Below are positions 54,055-64,000 of a stretch of 64,000 bases of DNA, in pieces. Numbering within the stretch: the stretch's first letter is position 1; the number at the start of each line of letters is the position of its first letter. Below the pieces are notes generated by a model, which searched no databases, was not told where the DNA came from, and worked only from the letters and a program-made list of their open reading frames with translations. The DNA is from Camelus ferus (Eukaryota): contig NC_045696.1 of the NCBI RefSeq assembly GCF_009834535.1, positions 86,616,001 through 86,680,000 of the forward strand, written 5' to 3'. The translations under genes were made by a program, and so were the position numbers.

Positions 54055-54056
<2 letters not shown>

Positions 54057-54281
54057 GTTTTTACTCCAATGATGCACTATGAGATATACATTATTATATC
54101 TCTATATGTAATCAAATGCCAAGGAAATTTGTTATTTATTCTCTTGGATTAAAGTGACAACAATACAAGTGTGTTTCAGAGGCCTGGATCTAGGGTTAAG
54201 TATTGGAATTACCTATGACATTTAAGAGAATATAAATTGGAGACTTCAGTGATTCAGAATGATTAAAAATTTATATATATA

Positions 54282-54314
<33 letters not shown>

Positions 54315-54349
54315 GCAAATACAGATATATGTATATACAAGCAATATAT

Positions 54350-54465
54350 TAGAGTGAGGAACCACCCCTGATTTGTCTGAGACTGGAAGGGGTTTCCTGA
54401 GACACTTGACTTTCAGTCTTAAAACTGGAATAGTCCTAGGCAAACTTGTATGGTTGTTTATCCTA
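54350..54465. mobile_element. hAT-Blackjack MITE (MER81-like), full length ~116 bp
   Basis: Degenerate terminal inverted repeats tagagtgaggaacc / ggttgtttatccta, with internal ggggtttcctgagac..gactttcagtcttaaaactgg..agtcctaggcaaac. Confidence 0.7.
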
Positions 54466-55130
54466 CTACTGTGTACTCAGCATTTACAAATATTAGTTGC
54501 CCCCTGTTGATTTGCTGGCTCTGTAGGGGATGAAGTATCTCCCTAGCTACTGGGAGGCTGACTGGAATTCTAAATTTGCTGTAGCTAGCATTCACACAAG
54601 GTTTCAAAGACTTCCAACTTCAATGGGGTTATGATTCTCCTGGGCAGTTTCATGCACTGCTACACCTTTATTTTAGGGTTGTAATAGAAACATGGAATCC
54701 AGATGATTGAACTTCTGGCATCGTCCTACCTCATCTCTTCTAATCTCCTTAGGAAACTCACTAAATACACTTTTCATGTGATTCTATTAATAAACAATAA
54801 TAATGGCTCTGTTCTGCACTTACATGTTGGCATGTATTCGTTTGTACATATACATTTAAGAATAGTTAATTCATCTGGATTGTCACTAATCCAAATTTAA
54901 ACATGATTTGTATCTTTCTCACCCAAAATTACAATGAAATAATACAAAACAAGCAAAGGGTGTAAAAAAGGCAAACTAAAGTCAATGTCAAACAACCAGA
55001 CACAACTTCACCACATTACTCCCCTGTAGCCCCTTACCACTTCTTCATAACTGCCCTCTTGTACTACTTTTCACTGCCCAGATTCTTGAAAGAAATTTCA
55101 ATATTAGTTAGCAACTGAATCTTCTAACAC

Positions 55131-55164
<34 letters not shown>

Positions 55165-56247
55165 CTTACTTGTTACAAGCTGTTGCTTTTTCTCCATCAA
55201 AGTATGGAGATTTCTCTTTTACTGTCAAATTCAGTGTACATTTGAATTTGAATGAAAGAAGAAAACACACCATCAACTAAATAGCCAACTAATTTAATCA
55301 AATTGCAATTGAAACAAAATTAGTATTTAAGATGAAGATAATCAGTCATTAAAGAAAAAAAGAAAATCACATTCCCTTCTGTAGTAAAATAAAAGATAAC
55401 ACTCCTTTATGGGCACTCAAATTTGGAAGCATGCATGGAAGGCTTATGTTGAACTGAAAAGTAGTTGGAAGACAAAATACAATATACCCGAAAAACTTAA
55501 CAAGGTGTGTTTTCCTCATTTAAAAAATCACAATTCAAACAATGACTGAGTAAGGCAGGTTTGGAAATCCACCTTGTTAGCAGTTCCCAAATCTTTCTGA
55601 AAGCACTTCTTGAGAAGAAACTGGGATAGCCCAAAAGAACAGAGATTAACAACACTCTCCAAGTTTGCGCTACAGGATATTTTAAGTAATTTCAAAGATT
55701 TGGTGGAAAATAAAATTAAGGGCTCAATTTCAACTTTGGATTCCATTAGTATTTTCCTGAACTGGATCATCTAGCTTGCAGAACAGAAAAAGAGAACAAA
55801 AATTCAGACCAATATAATTCTAGTTCTGAAAGTAAGAGACACACTTCTTTAGAAATAATCATCTGTCCCTAAATATATTAAAGGAACAATGTCTCCAAAT
55901 ATTTTCTTTGTTCTAATAACATGATAGAAAATTCACTCCTTAAAGTGCACAAAAAAAAATACCTACAAAGCATTAAAAATCCATATATATGGAATAAAGT
56001 ACTACTTAATTGTCAGTCACTTTTACAACATATGACTATGTAGACATTAATTCTTTGAGCAAAATCAGCCTTTTGCTATGATTATAAATAACGATACCTA
56101 TTGACCTCAATGGAATGACTATTTGAGTTAGTCAAAGGCAGAGATAAAATACCGCTTCTGCTTCATACATACACACCCCCTACACACACATTGCTCATTC
56201 TCATTAAAATGCTGAAATGACCTCAGATACTGTAGTAGACAGTAAAA

Positions 56248-56431
56248 CAAGAAAACAGACTCTCCATTAGAACCTCTAGGAAGAAACCAGCCCTGCCAAC
56301 ATCTTGATCATAGCGCTATGAGTCTTATCTCAGACTTCTGACCTCAAGAACTGTGAGATAATGAATTTGTTGTACTTTAAGCCACTAATCTTATGATAAT
56401 TTGTTAGAGCAGCCAATAGGAAGCTAATACA
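56248..56431 (+). mobile_element. MaLR LTR 3' half (MLT1B/C/D-like)
   Basis: tagaacctctaggaagaaaccagccctgccaacatcttgat...cagacttctgacctc.agaactgtgagataat...ttaagccactaa...aatttgtta.agcagc.aataggaagctaataca. Confidence 0.85.
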
Positions 56432-58639
56432 AGTATAAAATAAATACTACTGTTAAACAAAACAAGACAGGTTTTTAAAATGGAACTGTACAGATCCTTT
56501 TGAGGAAGTTTTCTAGTTTCCAGTTCTGATAATATTATTGCTGGAGGATAAGTTTCTTTCTTTCACAGTTTTCCTATATCAGCTCTCAGGTAAAATGTGA
56601 AGAACATTTGAAGAACTATTTGATAATTTGCACGTACAAGTGTATTTTATGAAACTGGTTTTAAAAATAGCAATAAAATTAGGATTAATGTATTACCTTC
56701 ATAGATATCAATATTTTCTTATTTAAAATTTCAGATTCAAAAATACTTGAAAGACTTCATACACAGGAAATTATAACTAAATCCTTGTCATCATATGGCC
56801 AGATAAATGTATGTCAAAAAGAAAAAGCTATTTTAATAAAATGAGAAAATAAAATTCTAGACTTTTTAAAAGAAATTTCATTACTGATATTGTTGATTGT
56901 GTCTGTTACCCTGATGTTTGCTATTTATTACTAAATAATTACTTGCTGATAATTGATGATTACCCAGTTAGGTCTTAATTTATCTTAAGAAAGTGGGCTC
57001 TATTGTTTTTCATATAGCCTCAAAACCATCTACAGTCTTCCCAGTTAGGATTATAATTTATGTGCTGACAAAGCTTCAGGATTAATGCTCAAGGAAGAAA
57101 ATTATGGCATGAAGTATGCATATCCTGTTCAGTACATAGCTCCCACTATAATCTATTGACTACAGTAACTAAGTGTAACTTAGAAACTTTAGTGAATATC
57201 TAAAAACAGAAGTCCATGCAGACTACCTAATACTTGCATGTAAATATTCATTGAAATTTCCTCAATAGATTATTTATCTCAGTTGCTGCCACTACACTGA
57301 CATTAAAAACTGGAACAATTCTGGATATAATGACAAGGATTTTCTGGAAGGTGTTATTAAGATACATTCTCTTTATTCACTGAAATCAATTTTATATACT
57401 TATTAGAAGCAAAGCAAGTTTAAAAGTTTAAGGATCTCAACTCTAACTTCTTTTAAATATGATTTATTCCGTTTATTGGTCCTATAATGTGATTTAACTA
57501 AGTTCTTCAGATTAGTCTGTTCCCTGATCCTGTCCTCTTTTTTCTCAGATCACCATCTCTGGTACATTGAATTTAATATTTTCTTTGCTAACTAAATTTA
57601 AACTTTCCAGATTTTAAGACTTCCACGAAATACTACATATGTAAAAATTTCCATCCTGATAGACAATTATCACAAAATTCTCAAAGTCAGTTTTAGTCTT
57701 GATTAGTCATTTAAACAGCTTTCAAAATATCATTTCCTTCATATATCACAAATTTCAGAAAGCTATGTTAGATCAATTAGACTCATCTACCATCCTGAAA
57801 AAACTGGATGTAGATTTACTCCATTTTTTTCTGATCTAACTCTTTAAGGAAAATAACATTAACTGGCAAAATACTTTGGATTTTATTTGAGATGTAAAAT
57901 TAAGTATTAATACTAGAAATATAATACAAAGATAAAAGGAATTTTCTTTCTATAAAAATAATACTAAATAATTAAATCTATTAAAGGAGTGACATTTGAC
58001 TAAAATTTGATGTTGCATATGTACTAGTGGTCTGATAAAATAAATGAACTTGAACACAAGTAGTTTAAAAATGGAGAAAAGAGAACTGATAAAATCCAAT
58101 GACAACACAAGATCTGCTAAATAGGCAGCAGAAGAGATAGGTAAATTGATAAACCAGGCGTTCTTCAGAGGAGCACTATATTTAGAGTCATCTGGGAAAT
58201 ACTTCAAAATATAGTAAAATGGTGTGTTCCCTATACATTATGGAACAAATCAGAATTTAGGGGGATGAAGGGGGATGGATCACACTAATACAAACACCAA
58301 AAAAATTTCAGACAAAATAAAATGTACATTCATTAAGTAGGCATCTGTGATCTCAAAAAAGTAAGATACTTAAAAAAAAAATTATTGCCAAAAGTGTAGA
58401 GATATGAGAGAGTGTTATCTTGGTTTTTAAGATGACTTATTAATGAGCTGTTAGGCATTTAGTGGGCAAGGGCCAGGAATTATAATGTTTCAACTATGCA
58501 CAGGATGGTTGAGGAAACTGTAAATCTCTCTGCTCCAATTGTAATCTTGAACCTGTTAGAAACACAGACTCAGAAAAATGAGTCTATCCTTGAGTGTGAA
58601 TTATATAGAATATTGGTGTAATGAATATGTAAAGAAATA

Positions 58640-58985
58640 CATGACTTGATTTATTAAGATTTAAATACACATGCTTCTTTGATCAAAAAATCACACACTT
58701 AGATAAATATATATCTTGGAGAAACTCTTGCACATGTGAATAAGGAGATTATAAAAAATGCAAAAAATGTCCATATCAACATGACTGATATTGGAGAAAA
58801 ACTGGAAATAATGTAAATGCCCTCAAAAGGGGTATAGGTAAGCTGTTGTACATTCAGAAAATGGAATCCTAGGGAGCAATGAAAATAAATACATTATATA
58901 GTTACATATATCAACATAAATGAGTTACAAAAACAGAAGGGAGAGTTGAAATCAAATAGAACATAAAGTTTAAAAAACTGAAATT
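58640..58985 (+). mobile_element. L1ME-like 3' fragment
   Basis: gagaaactcttgcacatgtg...aaaactggaaataatgtaaatgcc...aatggaatcc. Confidence 0.65.
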
Positions 58986-59239
58986 TTTACATGTTAAGAT
59001 ATCCCCTTCTTAGTTTCCACAACTTAGACGTCCAAATTAAATTCAACAAGATTCCAAGGATCTTTTCTTCTAAACTAATTTGAAATTCAATCTCAGTCAT
59101 TGCAGGCATCACTCATCCTAAGGTTTGCAGTGGAAACAGTTGGAAAAGCTACAAGTCTAGGGACAAATCGACACTCTATTACCTGTGCAGCCTTACCTTT
59201 TATCACTCCCTCCTTGCTGGCTCAGGTCCTAAGGCCTCG

Positions 59240-59600
59240 GATATAGTCCTCAAATCTACCAGGGAAGTCCCTGCTGAAGTGACTTGGCACTTGAGGTTCT
59301 CTTTACCTAGAAACATCTGGTCCTAGAGATAGCCACGTGACTGCCTAGTTCACCTCTTTCAAGTCTTTGCTCACATGTTCCCTTAGAGAAGTTTTCTCTT
59401 ATCAATCTGCTGAACTACTGATTCCCCACACCCATCTTCCCTAACACTCTTTACTCTTAACTTTTTTCTTCACTGGACTTCTCTTCTAATACACTACTAC
59501 TGATTGGTTTATTGTCTGTCTCCAGCCCTTTAGGACATCAGCAGTCATCGTGTCCATTTTTCTTACTGCTGTAACACATGGTAGGTAATCAGCATTTTTT
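59240..59600 (+). mobile_element. L2 3' region
   Basis: ggcacttgaggttctctttacctagaa...cacctctttcaagtctttgctcac...tttattgtctgtctcc...acacatggtaggt. Confidence 0.65.
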
Positions 59601-61461
59601 TTTTTTTTTGAAATGAAATGGAGGGCTTCTGACTCAAATACTACATGCCTGATACTTAGATGTATGTTCCAGAAGCCCAGAGACTCTTGACATCTTTCGG
59701 TTCTGTTGCTCCCATGTCTGGCAAATTGGAAAGGAAATGTGTGTCAAGGCCCAGAGGCAAGTACACAAAATCCAGTCTCCCATAGTGTTTCATGTAGCCC
59801 CTTCACTAGGCAATTTTTAAAATTTATTGGGATTCTTCCAATGAGTCTTGCAACTGTTCTTTCCATCTCTTATACATTCAACCATCACTTTCTGTCTTTA
59901 GATAGTTTGGTCTCTTGTTACACCTCAAATTCTCCTCCAACCCCCTGAAATGCTCTGAACTTAATCTCTTCAATAAGATTTCCTATGGTGATCTTTAGGA
60001 ATACAATAAAAACTTCCACATTTGTCCTAAATGCACAGCTCTCTACCAAAAAAAAAAAAAAAAAAAAAGGTGGCAGAAAATGACCCGCTATCTTCTTGCA
60101 ATGAGGAAAACAGAATACTGAAGGGGAAAAAAATCTTCAATTAATTGTCATTATATATTATAACAACATACAGAGTGCCACACTGGTCATGATTAAATTG
60201 CTCTTAGTCCTTAGAAATAATATATTTGCTCATTTTCATTAAAATGGATCTGGAATTATTTTTCCAAAAATCATCATGAATTTTGAAAATATGTACACAT
60301 TCTACTGTAACTTACCATTGTGCACAGGAGAATATATTTTCATGTGGGGTCAGAGACCATAGTTTCTGAATGAACCTAAACTTTGTTTTATTTGCTCAAT
60401 GATTTTAATAACTTAGCTGATTACTCACACAAAATTATTTTAAGCTGCCTAACCTATATTGAATTAAGCAAAACACAGCCAAATTATGTCAAAAGTAAAA
60501 GGTGAAAACCCTAAATATATGTGTCAATATACATTTTAAAAGAATAACAACTGCCAATATTTGAGAAATATTATACCGAATAGCTTAATTTCAGAGGAAA
60601 ATCTACAATTTGTATGTGAATGATATGAGAAATGCATGCTATTTCTCTTTTACTTGAAAATTTAATTACTTAAATGCAATGTAAGAAATAAAAGAGTAAA
60701 AGAAAAGATTCAGATACAGTTACATGCTTTGTTCATTTTCATGCTATACTAGAGATCTTAACAATAAGAGAATATTTGAAATCATCATTGCAGTGACATT
60801 CTTTTGCTTCAAGAGCATTAATTATTCATATAGAAGGAGGAAAAGCCAAGGCATGATGATACTAATATTCTCCCAATCAATTGATTATCCAGAATTCATA
60901 TCACTTAATTACAGGTTATAAAAAGATAAAATAAATGACTTTTCCTGCTTATATTTTTTGCTCAATTATTCCATGAATTTTAGTTCTTTTTTTCCAAAGG
61001 AAAAACTACTTATTTTAGTGAAATTAATTTTAAATCTGTAAGTACTTTACATACCTAATGTGTGATACTGACAGAAAAATTATACCTTATATCTAGAGAT
61101 TAAAAACAAGTTAAATACTATGATAAATATATATTACTTACAGGCAGTTCAATCATATTATCAAAGTGTTTTCTAAAATAGAGGGTTAGAAACTCTTAAC
61201 ATTCTAGCCTCATTTTCCTTCAGTACATTGTCAGAGTAAGGTTAACAGTTTGAGATCTGTGGTGAAAATTATGTGGTCAAATGATCAGGAGAATGTAAGG
61301 TATAAGCTGGGATCATATTTTAATAAAAAGGAAAAATCAGTCATTCAAACTTTGTAGTGTTGATGGGAAAGAGAAAATTAATACATTTAATAAAAGGTCA
61401 TGGCTAAAAGACAGTTCAAAGGTTGTTTTTATTATTTGTAAGGATTTATTTACACAAGCTC

Positions 61462-62058
61462 TCACTTAAGTTTATATCACAAGGAATTAGACAAAGAAGA
61501 GGAAAGACCAAAGTTAGCAGAAGAAGAAAACAAATATTAGAAAAGAAACAAATCAACAAAACTAAGAGTGAGTTTTTTGAAAAGATAAAATAAGAAACCC
61601 TTGATATACTAAGAAAAAAGAGATGACAAATAAATAAAATCAGAAATTAAAAATGTTAAAGCCAAAGGTTCAGAAATAAAAAGAGATTATAAAGATTTTT
61701 TAATAATAAATGAACTATTATGTCAACCAATGGATAATGATAATGAAAAAATTCCTAGAAAAATAATTTACCAATACTAAATCAAGAAGAAATAGAAAAC
61801 CTCAACTGACCAATAACAAATAAAGAGATTAAACCAGTTATCAGAACCTCTCAACAAAGAAAAGTTCAAGATCAGATAGCATCACAGGTGAACTCTACCA
61901 AACATTCAAAGAATTAATAACAATCTGTCTTAAGCTCTTCCAAAAAACAGAAAAAGGAGAAACTCTTCTACACTTTTTAGCAGTCTAGCATCACTCTTAC
62001 ACCCAAACCAGGGAAAGACACCATCAGAAAAGCAAACTCAGGCCATTTTCCCTGAAGA
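61462..62058 (+). mobile_element. L1 ORF2 internal fragment (upstream of the RT core), decayed
   Basis: aatcaacaaaactaagagtgag...aatcaagaagaaatagaaaacct...cacaggtgaactctaccaaacattcaaaga...ccaaaccagggaaagacacca. Confidence 0.85.
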
Positions 62059-62059
62059 A

Positions 62060-62440
62060 CTTTGCTTTTCAAACCACTGGATATGTTGGACTCCTCTGTA
62101 CTATTGTTTAACCTAGCCCATTCAGACTAGCACACATTCTATCAGTGATGAGTTACTGACAAAACAAAATCTAAAGCATGTGGCATTATCTGACGTCTAT
62201 TGGCTAGCAGTATGGAAATAATTGCCTGATACTGGAATGATGGTAATCCATTAGAAGTAAACAGCAATTTTGAGGGTAAAATTGTTGCCTCATGTTACAT
62301 ATGAAATAGACCATATACCATGAAGCCTGTAGCTCTAGGGGAAAGGCTGGTAATCAGGATAATAATAGCAGCGGGTAATAGTTACTATTGGCTTCATTTA
62401 ATTAGCTATTACAAGACAGGTGTGAGTTCAAAATAATTGA
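62060..62440 (+). mobile_element. MaLR LTR end plus internal (MLT1-int-like) fragment
   Basis: ...agactagcaca followed by ctaaagcatgtggcatt...gtaaaattgttgcct...gcctgtagctctaggggaa. Confidence 0.5.
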
Positions 62441-62695
62441 TGGACTGCAATTTCTGGTCAGAATGTAGAAGGTAGGGACAGATTATTGCTGCCATCATAA
62501 AAAATAGATTAAAATATTTAAAAATATGTGTATGTATGTGTGTCAAAATTTTTTAGTATGAAATGTCCTCTTTTTCTCTAACAATAAGTTTTTTAAACTA
62601 ATAATTTTAGACATGGATAAAATGTTTGAGAATAGTCAAAAGATTAACACACTCATCATCTAGAGTCCTAAAATGATAACATTTTAAATTAGTTA

Positions 62696-62700
<5 letters not shown>

Positions 62701-62756
<56 letters not shown>

Positions 62757-62781
62757 CACACACACACACACTCACACACAT
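62701..62781. repeat. (TA)n(CA)n compound microsatellite
   Basis: Direct reading. Confidence 0.95.
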
Positions 62782-62799
62782 ATTTGGATTTTCTAATAT

Positions 62800-63930
62800 T
62801 ACCTCCAGATTAGATTTCAGTTACACAGTTTTGGCAGCAATAATGTGCAAGTGATGTTACACTATTTTAAAACTGCATCATGTCAGGAAACTCATGGGAT
62901 TTATATGATCCAGCAATGATGATGTTAATTTTATTCACATGACCAAGAAAGGGCCTGGGGGCCTTCTTTAGTGGAGAGTTACTATTTGTTTCTTTTGTAT
63001 TTCATAATTATCTTTGGGGGAGATACTTTAATATTCTATAAATATAGTACTCTTCAAGTTTTCACCCATGAGTTTTAGTATTCATGATGATTCTCATTTA
63101 AATAAATTGTTATTATAATGTTTTTGAAATAGTGATCTCTTTTCAAAATTTCTTATTTCTTTTTTGCCTTTCTACTTTGTGGAAGGGCTTTCTTTTCTCA
63201 TTATTTCTTTTTATCATGGTGGACTCAGAGATTTCTAATTTATTCAGTGGGTCTTGTTCATGGCACAACTGCCCCATTTTGAAGGGAAGACATTTTAAGC
63301 TGACCCCTTCATCTTTTGGTTTGTTCCTTTCATTCCTTTAGCACTTTCTTACTTTCTAGACAAGATATTTCAGATTTATCTTGAACTTTTGCTCTTCTAG
63401 TCCTGGAATCAGGTCTTTCCCCGTGGAGTCTTTGTTCACTTTAGCATGAGTTCATGGACACTAGAAAATTATTGTTTTAGACTGACTATATCTATATGCA
63501 CACATATGTATGTGCATACACACATACACATATATGTACATAGAAGATACATCTGTATCAATTTATGGATATAGCTATATTTAAAACTCTATGAATCTAT
63601 ATTTATGCCTGTATACACCTATATCTGAATATGTATCAGTATGTGTTTCTGCTTAAACATATGAGCTCACACTGACATCTCCCACTCCAATCCATCAGCA
63701 AAGCCTCATTCCACCCTTTTCTCCTGTTCTATATTTATAACTTCCATCTCCACAATGAGAAGACAAGCTCCAATTATCCACAGTATATTTACATAATCAG
63801 TAAATCCTTGAATACCCAAAAAGTTGTTTCAGAATTTCTAACTATGTCTCTGTGAAAAATAAAGCTATTAACTATAGAGTTCAATATTTTTAGAGTTATT
63901 TTTTCTTAGCCTGAGGATATATCATCCAAA
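62800..63930 (-). mobile_element. L1MC-like 3'UTR fragment
   Basis: ttttggcagcaataat...ggggagatacttt...tggactcagagattt...cctggaatcagg..tttccccgtggagtc...catatgagctcacactgacatctcc. Confidence 0.75.
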
Positions 63931-64000
63931 TGCTGATTAAAAACCATTTGGGCTAGTACTCTCTCATGAATTTCATAGTGGTTATGCTATTTATTTGAAA

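Noticed and set aside
55528..55770. 80-aa ORF downstream of a pyrimidine tract (minus strand)
   Set aside because: No recognisable homology; donor weak

Overview
AT-rich, CpG-depleted mammalian non-coding DNA (deep intron or gene desert). The genome is most likely a camelid (alpaca/llama/camel). I infer this from two tRNA-derived SINEs of the camelid vic-1 type, several cetartiodactyl/camelid-type L1 3' tails, and the absence of any Alu, B1/B2, BovB/Bov-tA, PRE1 or Can-SINE that I could recognise. No protein-coding gene can be supported. The listed ORFs are decayed L1 ORF1/ORF2 pieces, microsatellite read-through or chance ORFs. Much of the window is interspersed repeat: old L1M fragments, younger 5'-truncated L1s with target-site duplications (TSDs), MaLR/ERVL/ERV1 LTRs, MIR, L2, Tigger and hAT MITEs. 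I found no convincing new biological system. The best second-look items are: a CpG-retaining unique element at ~14.96-15.30 kb with exon-like splice signals on both strands; a 29-nt micro-exon candidate at 32747-32775; a 19-bp templated-insertion-like repeat (3382-3400 / 5384-5402); a CTCF-like motif in an LTR41-like element; and a set of very short L1 tails with TSDs. Repeat family names and boundaries come from my memory of consensus sequences and are approximate; RepeatMasker/Dfam would be needed to confirm them.
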